A DNA stretch of 63,791 nucleotides, the filler included, from Octopus bimaculoides (taxonomy: Eukaryota): the NCBI RefSeq assembly GCF_001194135.2. It is 6 parts of 6 records of this genome, joined end to end, with 100 filler letters (N's around TTAATTAATTAA, not from the genome) between each part and the next. Parts side by side here need not be neighbours in the genome. Positions count along the whole stretch, not along the records: positions 13,975 to 28,791 come from NC_068985.1; positions 28,892 to 44,297 come from NC_068993.1; 4 more parts are not named here. One strand, 5' to 3'. Numbering within the stretch: position 1 is the stretch's first letter; each line of letters starts with the position of its first letter. Positions 26,773 through 40,059 of this stretch are shown here, piece by piece. The translations under genes were made by a program, and so were the position numbers. The notes under the pieces are model-generated. The model ran no database searches, was not told where the DNA came from, and was given only the letters and a program-made list of their open reading frames with translations.

Positions 26773-27069
26773 CAGGGGTTTTCAAACTGTGGTCCGCGGA
26801 CCACAGTGGGTCCGCAAGGACAAGACAGGGTGTCCGAGGACAGCAAATACTTTTTATGGGCAATTTGATTTTATATATGTTTTTTAATCGAAATCTTTTA
26901 ATTGACAATAAACCTATTTGTTAAATACTGTTAAATAAATGAATGTAAAAATATATGTTATTTTAAGCAAATATTTATGCATAAATTTCATAAGCGTTTA
27001 TAAGGGGGTCCCTAAGGTAAAGCCTGAAATATAAAGGGGTCCGCAAGTCAAAAAGTTTGAAAACCCCTG
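26773..27069. mobile_element. hAT (Charlie-like) MITE, 297 bp
   Basis: Perfect 16-bp TIR CAGGGGTTTTCAAACT. 8-bp flanks ATTTAGAC / GTCTAGAC (6/8 match; fits the NTCTAGAN target preference). Confidence 0.9.
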
Positions 27070-27304
27070 GTCTAGACGAAATATTCAGTTTGAGGTTCTG
27101 CATTTGACTATGTTTTNNNNNNNNNNNNNNNNNNNNNNNNNNNNNNNNNNNNNNNNNNNNNNNNNNNNNNNNNNNNNNNNNNNNNNNNNNNNNNNNNNNN
27201 NNNNNNNNNNNNNNNNNNNNNNNNNNNNNNNNNNNNNNNNNNNNNNNNNNNNNNNNNNNNNNNNNNNNNNNNNNNNNNNNNNNNNNNNNNNNNNNNNNNN
27301 NNNN

Positions 27305-27344
<40 letters not shown>

Positions 27345-27351
27345 CACACAC

Positions 27352-27515
27352 ACGACTGGCTTCTTTCAGTTTCGGTCGACCAGATCCACTCATGAGGCTT
27401 TGGTTGGCTCGAGGCCATAGTAGAAGACATTTGCCCTAGGTTCCACGCAGTGGGGCTGATTCGGAACCATGTGGTTGGTAAGGAACCTACTTACTACACA
27501 GTCATGCCTCCGTTA
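27352..27515 (-). mobile_element. OR-like SINE copy
   Basis: GGCTTCTTTCAGTTTCGGTCGACCAGATCCACTCATGAGGCTTTGG matches the family. Confidence 0.75.
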
Positions 27516-27739
27516 TGGAAAATATTATATTTAGAATTGTTCGTTAAGAGGTCAGAAAAAGAGAAGTTGAACGAGGGGGCAAAGAGAAAAAATAAACTAC
27601 AATATAATGAAATAAATGTAGTAGTATATATGGATGCATGTATTTGGGTATAGGATATAATACAATATAATATGTTTACAGTTATTAATTTAAACTAAAT
27701 AAATATGTAAATTGGAGATTATTTCATTATGAGAAGGAA

Positions 27740-28790
27740 AACGGCATTACGTAATATGAAGAAAAACAGAGTATTTATATTTATGATTAATGATCGATTT
27801 ATTGGTAAAGTAGATTAGGATTATGTAGTAGTTAAACCGAGTATTGATATTTAAAGATAATTAAACAAATATGAATTATCATATAATTTACTTTACTCTG
27901 GGAAAGTAAGAAGGAAATAACTGTTATACATTAAGTTTATACGTAAGGGAATGTTATTTACATATATTACGAAAGAACTAAAATTGAATGATACTTGGAA
28001 TAAAACCATTTATATATCTTGTTAAGCATATATAAGAAATAAATGTATTTAGGCAAGATATTATATTGCATAAAATTATAGATATAAATTCTGGTTCTAA
28101 TTAATTCAGTTTCAAATTTAGTAAAGTATTATTGGTTTTTAAGGAACCTAACAATAAGTGATATTAATAATTACAGAATGATTAATGATATTTATAAAAC
28201 AGATATTTAGGAGTGTGTAGACAAAGTGAGAAATTTTCAACTCTTTCGTTTAATACGTTGTTGCCAGAAAAAAAAAGAATATTATAATGCTCCGATGTAC
28301 AGAGTCAAAAATTTTCACCTGGTGGATGGTAAGATTTTGCAGAACATATAATCTTCCATCTAATTTTAAAACTGATATTACTGTCTTTTAATTTCCAAAT
28401 GAATTTACTAAGACTAGTCGAAGAACGTTCATTGGGGTTTCTAAAAGAATATTCATGGTTGGCCAATCTAATTTTCATATGGGGTTCCATAGAACCAAGG
28501 TAGAAAAAGCGTTTACCATCAGTTTACCTATAGCTTGGTATATTAAATTCTTCCGTTTGCAATAATTTTAAAATTTACATTGCTTTTTAACCCTACAATC
28601 ACAGTACTTACTAAGATTTTCACTAGAATTTACAATGTGTTGTGGGCAGTAATTGTTCTTATTAGGATATCTTGATTCAGGTATAAGTGCTACGTTGTAT
28701 ATTTTTCTTTATTATGCTTACGTTTAGCATAAACATTATCTAATTAGCAGAATTCATAGAAGATATACATCTAAACTGCATTATAACATA
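27740..28790 (-). mobile_element. Penelope-like element 3' remnant
   Basis: KIRLANHEYSFRNPNERSSTSLSKFIWKLKDSNISFKIRWKII (PLE GIY-YIG C-terminal motif). Confidence 0.75.
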
Positions 28791-28791
28791 T

Positions 28792-28891
28792 NNNNNNNNN
28801 NNNNNNNNNNNNNNNNNNNNNNNNNNNNNNNNNNNTTAATTAATTAANNNNNNNNNNNNNNNNNNNNNNNNNNNNNNNNNNNNNNNNNNNN
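28792..28891. other. Artificial contig spacer
   Basis: 44N + TTAATTAATTAA (28836-28847) + 44N. Confidence 0.97.
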
Positions 28892-28993
28892 CTTGTCAGA
28901 CATTATAAATTAGCCCTTCCTAAATTTTGTTCCTTAGTTCTCGATGAGCCATTGGCAATTATGGATTATCTATCTATCTATCTATCTATCTCT

Positions 28994-29069
<76 letters not shown>

Positions 29070-29072
29070 CTA

Positions 29073-29139
<67 letters not shown>

Positions 29140-29775
29140 ATCTATCTATCCATCTATCTGTCTGTCTGTCTGTCTGTCTGTCTATCGATCTACCTACCTA
29201 CCTTTGTCTCTCTCTCCCTCTCTCTCGGACTAATGGGTATATGTTCGTTAGTGTGTTGAAGCGTTGAGTAGAACGCTGGCAGAGTTTGGGCTACCTGGTG
29301 TCATCCGCTGTTGGTGTATATTTCTGTTGGATCTACTTCAGGGACTCCGCAATGTTAGTTGAGATAATGATAATTAATTAAGTAACCAGAATATGGATTT
29401 GGTATTAATCTTTTTTTTGTACAATGATCGTTTCGACCCATCCTTATGGGTAGGACTCCGTTCAACATTTGTCGCATCCATTTTGCAGTCTGGGTCACAT
29501 CGGGTACATCCATACATAAGTATGGATGTACCCGAGTGTAGGCTGTCAAATTGTTATATACCTGTCTAGTTAGGGAATCATATATATATGTTTTTTTAAT
29601 CTTTTAAGAGAGTTTCCCAAGGTTTCTCCCATCTAACTACAAACAAAGCTCAACGTTGCTTAACTTTGGCGATCGGTCAAGATACATACATATATACATA
29701 TATCACATATATAATAATTCATATTTGGATATACACTTTGTAGTATGCTGTTTAAAGCCTGTTCGCAGTATTCAG

Positions 29776-29829
29776 TTACCTGATGTCACAAAATCTCACC
29801 TACATGAAAGGTCGAAACGATAGTCGTGA
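29776..29829 (+). ncRNA. Degenerate hammerhead motif
   Basis: TTAC CTGATGT ... ACCT acatgaa AGGT C GAA ACGATAGT C GTGA. Core A9 is mutated; stem III is one change from the palindrome ACGATCGT. Confidence 0.45.
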
Positions 29830-30179
29830 ACAAAGAGACTTGTAATTTCCATTTTCTTTCTCTTATGTCTTTATATTCCATATGTAAGTATGTATATATA
29901 CGATGTACAGTATTACTGAAACCGAAGTTGTACAGATTTCGGAATATATTTGAATTTTTTTTAAACATGAAAATAAATGAACTTCAATATATATTTTTTA
30001 TTTCTTTCATATGTTCCAGCCTAAAGGCTGTGTCTATGCCGGAGCAGCGCCAGTGTAATTGATTTAATTCATAGATAAAGCCTTGATGAGATGTTTCGAA
30101 CTGAATTAAGTAGCATTTGTTTGAATAATGGCAACTGTTATTCAACTACCATAGTTTGGGTGATTTTCTTATTTTATAC

Positions 30180-30248
30180 CTGATGTTTAGAATACTACAC
30201 CAAGTTCACTCTTCGTAGGATTTACTGGCTCAATTATTGATACTTGTT
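30180..30248 (-). pseudogene. 69-bp phase 1-1 exon-like segment with in-frame TAA
   Basis: TCATGTTATATTTTAG|AA...CAG|GTATAA. Reads QQVSIIEPVNPTKSELGVVF*TS (TAA 30187-30189). All three frames contain stops. Confidence 0.5.
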
Positions 30249-30560
30249 CTAAAATATAACATGAGCAAAAGGTAAAGGTAACAATTTAATTTCTGTGTTA
30301 TTATATATTGGAAGACGATCATATGGCACTTGGCTAAGTAACATTTTTTATATAGCTGTGTTTCAGATTGACATTTACACTATTATTGACATTCTATAAC
30401 TGAATCATTAATAACTCAGAGTGGCAATAACTATCATGCATATATTTATTAATTAGAGTTATGTTTTTCAGAATAAATGTGGAGAAAAATAATTTGGATA
30501 GAAAAGATAGAAAGTATACAAGCAAAAGGCAACGAAATTTTGCTGCTTTTATATACTTAC

Positions 30561-30578
30561 CTTATTTCTCATTAAAAT
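30561..30578 (-). pseudogene. 18-bp microexon with in-frame TAA in phase 1
   Basis: CTCTTGTTGGTATTTTCAG|ATTTTAATGAGAAATAAG|GTAAGT. After the WSC exon it reads HFNEK*. Confidence 0.55.
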
Positions 30579-30848
30579 CTGAAAATACCAACAAGAGATG
30601 CCTTTTAACAATGAGAAGATGGTAACGTATAAAGCACAAACACAAACACGCACACTCACAGACAAACACATAACTCATACATATATTTATATATGCATAC
30701 ACACACACACACATACACATGCACACACACATTCACATGTATATACATATCTCAGTCAGAATTTACGATTATAAGTTCTTCGAACAAATAAGCTATTAAG
30801 CTCATTGTAAAGGAGTTGCGTATTCCACACAGATGTTGTTATATCTTT

Positions 30849-31764
30849 ACTAGCTGTTTTTCCCGGTTTCACTCGGGCAGTGTGGTGGATTTGGTTAAAG
30901 GCTATTTCCTATGTATATTTTGAATAATAAAAAGAACTAAAAATAAAAAAACAAAAATTCCAACAACAAAAAAAAAAGTAAGAACAACCTAAAAACAATA
31001 CGATGCTAAGGATTTTGCGGGTCGATATTGTAAAACTAACTTCACGTGTGTACCCATAGCCCCATGTAGTCACGGAACCTTATTTGTGGTATAACCGCCT
31101 TAAAAGAAAAATATATGGTAGTGCGGTTGTTGTATTGGCGACACAAGAATGTTAATCGAAACTGTTCAAGATCAATCATAGGTTGGATGTTCATGTACAC
31201 TGATTAGAANNNNNNNNNNNNNNNNNNNNNNNNNNNNNNNNNNNNNNNNNNNNNNNNNNNNNNNNNNNNNNNNNNNNNNNNNNNNNNNNNNNNNNNNNNN
31301 NNNNNNNNNNNNNNNNNNNNNNNNNNNNNNNNNNNNNNNNNNNNNNNNNNNNNNNNNNNNNNNNNNNNNNNNNNNNNNNNNNNNNNNNNNNNNNNNNNNN
31401 NNNNNNNNNNNNNNNGTGCCTCTGATTAAAATTTTCGAAAAACAAACCCAGCCCCATTACTTGGAAAAAAATAATCTTTATTGTGCAGGTTTTACGTAAA
31501 ATTTCGCGCATGGGAAAGGCAACAAAATCGCCCCTCCCCACTTTGAATGGGATATTCCTATCTTAAAAAGTAATCGATTATCTCGGTAACCATGGGAGTT
31601 GGAGGGCAATAAAAATCTCCTGAACATGAGCGGACCATGCTGCCGCTCTGTGCTGAATTTCACGCGATTCCACTGCACCGTTCTCGAGTGAATCTGCCGA
31701 CACTCACTCAATCAATCAATCAAGCAAGCAAGCAATCAAGAACACTGCAATTTATAGTATAGAT
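30849..31764 (+). mobile_element. Helentron/DINE-like non-autonomous element
   Basis: Starts ACTAGCTGTTTTTCCCGG, has an internal (CAAT)n/(CAAG)n microsatellite, and ends ATTTATAGTATAGAT. This layout resembles DINE/HINE-type elements. Interrupted by a gap. Confidence 0.45.
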
Positions 31765-32049
31765 TGATAAATGAATACACTGCAGCAGATATATAATCGA
31801 AACAAACCACACATAACGTAACAATCTTTTAAGAACCAACAATCCAATGCGCTAGCTCGAACTGTGAAGTTTGAACTATCAATACACGACTGTGGAACTA
31901 GCACGAACTTTTTCTTTCTTTGCAACACTGGGCATAACGAAGAGGGGACAGTACAAGGACAGACAAAATATAGAGAGTTCGTGTTTTCCTTTTTTGAAAA
32001 TATCACTGCCACAACTTGGAATGCAGAGCCAAACCTCAACGCCTCTTCT

Positions 32050-33700
32050 AAGTCCTTTAGTAGATCGGCCTCTATTCTTGCTTTATCTTTACTTAGCGCT
32101 GACGATTAAACCTAATTGACTCAAAACGTATGGCTCGTTTGAGGGCCAACCACCACCGGTTGTTCAACAGGGCGTCAGTTAAAGCCTTCTGAACTAACTC
32201 CTTAATACAGTTACGGTATGCCTCACGTCAAGATAGCCTTGTTTAGCTTCCAATAACCGGGTCACTGTCTATGTACTCTATATATGACCTTCCTGTACGT
32301 CACTAATTTGTGATCCGTGTAGGGGTCCAGAAGACACTGTGGACTGCTAAAACTTGACTTATCTCTTGTCTAGATAAGACCTCCGCGACCCGTCGCCATG
32401 AGTCTAGGTCCACACTAGGGCGTTCGAGTGGTCCAGTCTGTAACGATCTGCTAGCTGAAATCGTTTACGAAGATCAATGAGGCTTGAGCTTTCCTTCCTA
32501 TTTGCCGAGCCAACGCTATCCAGGCGTGCGTCCAGAATAGCGTTAAAGTCACCTAACACGATTAATATCTTTGACATCACGAGAAAGTTCCCGAGGCATT
32601 GATAGAAATCGTTTTGTTTACCGGTACCACAAAGCACATAGATACCTATCAACCGCTGTGTGTCAAGTCGAGAACAACCAACTTACCTTCTGGATCAATA
32701 AAGATTGTTCTTGTCTGCAGAGCCAAGCATTTACAGAGCAACACTACTAACCCCCTCGGCCTCCCGTTTGGCTAGGAGACATTATTTTCTCATAGTTATT
32801 CAGTTCGCAGGTCGTTCAGTTTGGTTTCTGTAGCCACCATCACATTCATACTATGTGATCTAAGATCTATGAGGATCTATGAGCCTCGGTAGCTCACAGA
32901 CTTTAATAATTCCCTCCACCCTTCTTTCTTTTAACTGCTTATATAATTTTAAGTCAATGTGGGCATACTCGCTTGTGCCATAAATTTTTGACATGTGGTG
33001 TTTTGCTATTGTTATGCAAGTAGTTGTCCTTTGAATTATATTTGACCAGTGTGATTGTGTCTGCTGGGGCCGTATGAGTAAAGGGGCGGAGTTTTTGTGC
33101 TTTGGTACGTTTTTTGTGGGTGTAGTAGGTTGGTAGGGTATAGGTGACACATTGTCTTTTTGGTCACTTCCTGGTTACTTCCGTGAATTCCTCCTCCGTT
33201 ATAACGACCTCCATGTCGCCTGCCGGAGGGGGAACTTCACTTGTCCCAATCTTTTCACTTTTCTTCTGTTTTTGGTTTCTCTTCATTTGCTTTGTTTTTC
33301 TTCGGCTTTCTCCTCCGCTTTTTCTGTGGTTTCTTCGAGGTCAGTCGGTGTTGCTTGTATTAAGTTGTCTACGCTCTGCCCGGACCAATTTTGACAGAAC
33401 AGAGCACGTTATCTGTAGGATGTTAAGTTTATCCTCTCTGCTGTAGCAGGGCGCCGCAATGATCCACCTCAAGTCAGCTTCTGGCGGTACTCCTTCAATT
33501 CTGATCCCGAACGTTCTGCGGCCCAGATATGAGGGGAGTAGAACCACTTCCTTCGTTTTGAGCGTTGCCACAGAATGTTCCTTCGCTTTTTCAGTGTTGA
33601 TAAACCTTACTTCGATGGAGGCCACATACGTAATATAATCGGCCCGAGACACTTTTCAATTTTATCCTTTTCAAGATACGCGATTTTTTTCTGAAACATC
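32050..33700 (-). mobile_element. Tx1/L1-like LINE remnant (ORF1 + APE endonuclease)
   Basis: ILIVLGDFNAILDARLD...LADRYRLDH (APE motif) at 32404-32652. ORF1-like YLGRRTFGIRIEGVPPE upstream. Confidence 0.7.
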
Positions 33701-34619
33701 GAAGTATTTATGCACAACAGTTCTATTGTTTCTCAGCATCATTATTTCACTTTGGGTTTGGGGGAAGAGACGCGAACATCTCCCCCATCAATTGTAAGCA
33801 TGCCGTAGCAAGCTTGGTAGTCGGTTCTTGATACGACACATTCGGTAGTCAGTTTTGATGCAACACATTCATTATGTCAGCATAATTTCTCTTTTCTCCG
33901 GTATTCCCTTTTAACTCAGCATTCACTGTTAATTCCATTGCTGGATTTGATTCCATGCTGAATCTTTTCAAAAAATTCTTAATTATTATATTAATTATCC
34001 GATGACTCGGTAAAAAACCAGTTCACAAAAAATTTTATAGCAATTAATAACATGCGTGTTCAAATCTTTCCCCCACACATAACCCTTTAACAACGCCCAC
34101 AAGCAGGCAAAAAATTTCAACCAACAATTCAACAAATTAACAATACCTTACGGTGTAACATCAGCAAATAACAGCTAAACCCAATTTTGAATACAAAAAT
34201 GAACCGACCACTACAAACGAACTAACACTAACTACCCGCCGAAACGAACTGCCTCACTTACTCAGATCGCTGCTATCTGTATGTAGTGGTTCAGTTCATT
34301 CTCGCCAGGCAGCGTCGTACTCTCGCACAGCAGATGTTTACCCTTAACTTAGTTCGCAGGCAGAATCAGTATGATACCGGATCTAACAAGGCTATACTTT
34401 TGAATTAAATGTCCAGTTCAACTGGCGGGCTTCTGTACAGTTTCTGTCTACCCAGCTTCACTCACAAGAGTTGACTGAACTAGAAAATATTGTGAAAGAT
34501 ACTTGCTCACAATGCCATTCAGTCAGAAAGTCCGTAGACTAGTGTGACTGAGTATGCAAATTTCTTAACCATTCGATCATACTGCGTCTACAATGTAAAT
34601 ATATATGAACATGCACATA

Positions 34620-35560
34620 TGTAAACCTGGAAGATATTAACCACCACATATAATTTCCACATCAACAGTGACGTAGACCGCCTCTCCCTAAAATAAAAAC
34701 TAGGCAGCAAAGGCTAAACATCGATCCAGACTGCCTTTGAACGTCGTATGATATCCTTCGGCAACATCTATTAATCACTAAGTGCCGAAGTGCATCCCTT
34801 GACCAAGTTTGCATACACGAGGCTGATAACATCATAAGACTTGGAAAGTATCTCCTTCAGCAGCATTCCATACTCAAAGAAGTTGCATGACTGTATCATC
34901 AGATGAAAGAATGAGTGTATATTAGCAGAAAACCATGCATGGATATATTAGAAAGCTCCGAGATAACAATAATATTGATCATCAAAACAGTCCATCATGG
35001 ACCAACAACCGGATTACTAACTCCCGCTGTGAAAGTTATGCGTTTGTAATCCAGGAAATATCAACCTAATGCACAAAAGGTACAGAGATGAAGGAAAAAC
35101 AGTAAAATGTGACAACTGATGCAGACTTAGTGGAATTAACACTGAAGATATTACCCACAACATAAGCAGTTGTCTGAAAATGTCATCAAGGCATTATCTA
35201 CCGATGGGACATGGATACAGTATAATGAGATCCGTCGGAAGGATAACCCTCGAGGATAAAAAATACGAACCCACAGTATGGTGGAAGACATAGTCACTCA
35301 TAATAAAAAGGAGTACTGGTGGAATGTCTCAGTGAAAATCTTAATAAAATGTAAACACAATAGACCTGATATAATGATTTGAGATAGAGAAGAGAAACTG
35401 TGTACAGCTGTGGAAATCAGCTACCCAGCGGATATTGACATAAAAAGAAAATACCTGTGCTCTACTATCGAAAAATTTGCAGTTACTCTATCCAGATTAC
35501 AAGTTCAAGTTAATACCTCTAATTATTGGGGCACTGGGCTATGTAACACATTGCCTAAAT
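34620..35560 (+). mobile_element. Highly decayed R4/Dong-type LINE 3' fragments
   Basis: Fragments similar to the RLE regions at 12311-13615 and 40060-41383. Confidence 0.5.
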
Positions 35561-35563
35561 AGC

Positions 35564-37075
35564 TTTTATATCCTTGTATTGGATATATAATATAACGAAG
35601 AATGAGGGAAGAAAGTATATACACGACACAATACTGTTACTATTACACGAGCCTGAACACTCTTTATCAAAGGCTCATAGTGAACTGCTACTAACACCGA
35701 ACTGCCAATCGCTGACAGTTCTTTGTTTCATAACAATGAATCAGTCCACCTTTAGTTACTTAGCAGGTTGTCGGAATCCTTCCACGACATCTCCCCTTTT
35801 TAGAATCAGTGTCCCCTATCTTCTCCCCTTTTGAGAATTGAAGTCTCCTCTGAGTTTTAATATCTCGCCTTGGGTTCAATTCCAGTATACTCTGATTTTA
35901 TTATTCGTTGTCTTAATGAATATAGTTGGTGATGCCCATTCAAAGTATTCCATTTTTTGGATAAGTCCCATTTTTTCTAGTCTATCTAAACTTTATCTGT
36001 TCTAATGCTAAACATGGTACAGTTCGTTTTTGTCTAAATGTTAGTATGGAGTTTTCTTGTATTTGAAACCGTACCTCTGTTTTGATACACTGACCTACTT
36101 TTTCAGGAAAAATCTTTAAAAAAGTATTTTCTTCAATTCGTCTGACGACTTATTTGTACTGGAAAAACACTTTTACATCTTCATAGCAAAGATTTATGGG
36201 TGGGGGTTCCCATAAATTAAGCAATTCCATCCAGTCAGTACCAAACAAGTTTGTTGTATTATTTAACAGAAAAACTTAAAATATAATTTTTTTCCTGAAA
36301 CACCACGGGCAATTTTCGAGGTTTAATTTAGGTTTCCCGATCTTTTTCCATGTATCTGTCTTAATTATTGAGATATCGCTGCCTGTATCCAATTGTAATT
36401 TTATATTTGTGTTATTAATTTTTACATATACAAAATTTTCTTTGAGGCTCATTCGTATTTTTTTGTCAACGATAATCCGTTTACGTGATTTTTTTCTGTT
36501 GAAGCGTTTTACCACACTTATAGCATTTTATATTTTTAAATCAGTTATTTTTAAAATATAGACCCTTGCACCCATAACATGGATTTGCTTTTGATATGTT
36601 TTGTTTATTTTCTTATTCGTTACCGGTCGACACGCTTGAATCAGAACAATCTTTCTCTTCAATTTTATTTGCGTTATGAATAGATTAACAATCCTCTGAC
36701 ATTCTTTTGCTACTGCCTGTAGAGTTAAATTTTGGTCCTGTGCTCATTTTGTAAATATCCGGGAATGTATATCTCCATCTTTGCTTGCAGTAAGCCCTTC
36801 AACTAAAAATTAAAGACTTAAACATGTCCGGGGTCAACTCACTGAATTGGAATTTCTCATACCACTCCAGCATGAACAACGAAATCTTCATTACCTTTTT
36901 TTGACCAAATTTAAACACTGCCAGCGAATATAAAACAGGGAACTTCTTTCACTGAAAATTTTCGATAAACTATTGTTGCATCGAAACAAATCTCACCTGG
37001 CTTCTTTGGTAGAATATAATTACTATATTGTTCGTGTTCGGCAGGGGATAACTTTCTTAAAAGGAATCGTACTTT
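35564..37075 (-). mobile_element. Gypsy-like LTR retrotransposon remnant (3' LTR + gag/protease)
   Basis: IKLQLDTGSDISII (aspartic protease DTG). Gag segment homologous to 47760-48080. LTR at ~35564-35830 is the reverse complement of the LTR ending at 47400. Confidence 0.8.
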
Positions 37076-37826
37076 TTACATACATACATACATACATACC
37101 TTGTTGATATTGTTCCAATGAATGAGCGTTAGATCTAGGTTAGAAACCGGCTCTTTCTTTATTGGCAAGAAATCTTGAAATTAAACTGTATAATTACATA
37201 CATATGTGTATGTATAAGATTAAAAGGATGTGTGTGTGTGTAGGAGTGGAAGGATAAACGTTCATTTGTCGATGACAAAGTGCCAAGTTCGAATATTAAA
37301 TGTTGTTCCCTCCATTTCCTTGAGGATGAAGTTCTACTTACTAAGTGAATGATGGAAAGGTCTGTCGTGTTGAAGTGGATGACAACAGGTTGGCCTTACA
37401 CGATGTCAAATACATAATATTTTTAAAATGTTATAGTCACATGAACGAAATCCTTACAGGAAGAGAAAGTTATAGTTTTCCCTGATAGGATCAGAAAACT
37501 GAAAACTGGAAAAGGATTAGAGGATCGCTGAATATTCAAATTCAAATTCAAATTCAAATTCAAATTCAAATTTCTGACTTGAACATCATCTCTTTTTTCT
37601 TTTCTACTCATTAGCACTCATTAATACAAGTCCAAGAATTTAGTTCATGCAAAGTTTGCCATCGACAACCAATGATATCAAATCCTCCTCCTCCTCCTCC
37701 TCCTCCTCCTCCTCCTCCTCCTCCTCCTCATCATCATCATCATCATCATCACCTAACTTATGTACGATCTTGCTATTTTGGTTGTGTTAATAAAATAAAA
37801 TCAACGCAGAACGAAATAATACTCAC

Positions 37827-37962
37827 GTGTACTAAAAACTGAATTAGCAAGGTACCCTCCACAGAATTCCGTAGGATCTCCAGCACATTCTATGTTACAA
37901 TGATCTCTGCCTAAAGGACCATATATCTCATAAGTGTTGCCACAGTAACATAGTTGACCATG
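37827..37962 (-). CDS. WSC domain, second exon
   Basis: AAAATTTAG|CAT...ACAC|GTGAGT, phase 0-1. Reads HGQLCYCGNTYEIYGPLGRDHCNIECAGDPTEFCGGYLANSVFST, the WSC CxCG...C...C.GD...CGG pattern. Confidence 0.9.
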
Positions 37963-38901
37963 CTAAATTTTAGCGGTTCAAAATATATAATAAAACAATC
38001 AAACAATTAAATGGCATGGCATATACAAATTTCAATGGCATCTGAATTAAGATGTAAATAATGACTTCTAATTTGGTTGAAACTGACACAGTTTTGTAAA
38101 GTCAATGAAATCGACCCCTACAATTTATCACTGACTGGTATTTTACTTTATGGATTCTAGGAGAATGGAAGGTTTGGGCAGGATTTGAAGGCATTTTATC
38201 GGACGCTGCGCCAATTTTACTTATCTATCAACGAAACGGAAGATAAATATAACCACCTCATATAAAGTGCGATACCTGATAGCGTTTCGTTATACTTGGA
38301 TGGTAATTAAATTATTAATTTATGAAATATGAAATTAGCACAAGGCCAAATATTTATAAATGAATAAAATGAACAGATGATAACAGAGCTGGAATGATTA
38401 GAGCATTTATATTTCAAATATCGGGAAAATGTTTGTAATTTTCAGCCTTTCACTGTGTGTGAAGTAAATATCAATAATATGCTGTAGTTGGCTCAGATAT
38501 AACCTTCGCCATTTTCTTATAGCGACATGAATTTTCTTTGAACCTCGTAATTTTCTTTGAACCTCGTACATTACATCGCCATGCTTTATCAGACAGAATC
38601 AAATTTTTCTCCCCTACGTCTCTTTTAAACAATTTTTAGCCGAAAAAAAGAGAATAGCAAGCTATCGTTAAAACTACAAAGCAAATCACGCTCAGTGGGG
38701 TTCGCAGACAACTCGATTATGTGTCATTAATGGACTTGACCACATAAATAATGACGCTGATTGAGCAGGCTTGAATCGTTGTTTCCAGAATTTTCCTCTG
38801 GCAGTTTAGTTGGAATACTTGTAATTTGCATAACTATAAAGTACTCTTAAACTATTGCTAACAATTTCTTGTAGTTAATGGAGAAATGTTCACCTATGTT
38901 G

Positions 38902-38942
<41 letters not shown>

Positions 38943-39042
38943 GCGCGCGCACACATCTGTGTGTATACATATATTTTATAACCTCAATAGATATACATAG
39001 AAGAACATTAGAATATTCAAACATTAAGTTGTATTTATTTAC

Positions 39043-39173
39043 CTGCAGACCAGCATATTTTGTGCGTCTTTCTCGACAGTGATTCTGACATTTTTCTATA
39101 GTCATTTTATCTTCTCTCCAGTAACGATTCTCTATTGCAGGAGGACGTCCATCTTTAAAGCAGCCAATATACC
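39043..39173 (-). CDS. WSC domain, first exon
   Basis: CTTCTCCACGTTTAAG|GG...CTGCAG|GTAAAT, phase 1-0. Reads GYIGCFKDGRPPAIENRYWREDKMTIEKCQNHCRERRTKYAGLQ (YxGCFxD...MT.E.C...C...YAGLQ). Confidence 0.9.
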
Positions 39174-40059
39174 CTTAAACGTGGAGAAGTGTTTAAATAG
39201 AAATTGATAAATGACAATGTAATCACATATCTGATGCAGATTTGAAAAAATTAAAATACAGAGTGATGTATGTAGAGCTGTTTTCGTACTACTGCTCCCA
39301 TACAAGTAGGCAAATATACATATACGCAATAGCAGCAGCAACAACAACAACAATAATAATAGAGTGCCCAATGAAGCTGTTACAAAAAGTCTGCTTCCTT
39401 TGCATGGCCCAAATCATCAGGAAAGTATTAGATAATTGAGATGAATAGAGAGCATGGTACCATAGGCTGCAGGTACGCATGCAAGACTCCATGAGTTCCA
39501 AAAACATGAGTTAAAAGAAATAATAATAATAACAACAACAACAAAACAACAAAACAACAACAACAACAATAATAAATTCTTCTATTAGCCACAAGGACCC
39601 ACATACAAAACATTAAATGGCATACAACAATATAAAAGTCAAAAACAGGACGATACAATGGGTTTTCCGCGTGTAAACAATATAAATAGCAATTAAAAAA
39701 TTAAACTAATAAAAACTCCCAATAGGGGAGGCGCCTTAAGGTCCTCGTGGAAAAACTTAAAAATCCTTTTTAAAGGTTCACGCTCAGAATTGGTCCTTTC
39801 ACACTGGCCATTCTTCCAACATTCATCTACCTTTCAACAAACTTGCTACAAGGTAACACTTTCCTCTCCACCCTCAACTTCCTTTTCAAGTGAAACTTGA
39901 AAAAGTTGATGAGGGCTTGGCCAAAGAGGAAAGTGTCTGTCTTTAGCCCTTTCAAACAGAACTGGATGGGAGAATAAGAGAATTAGACCAAAGCCAGACA
40001 TAGGAATCAATGAACTAGATGCGATACAACGCACACAAATGAAAGAAAAAATAAAAAAA

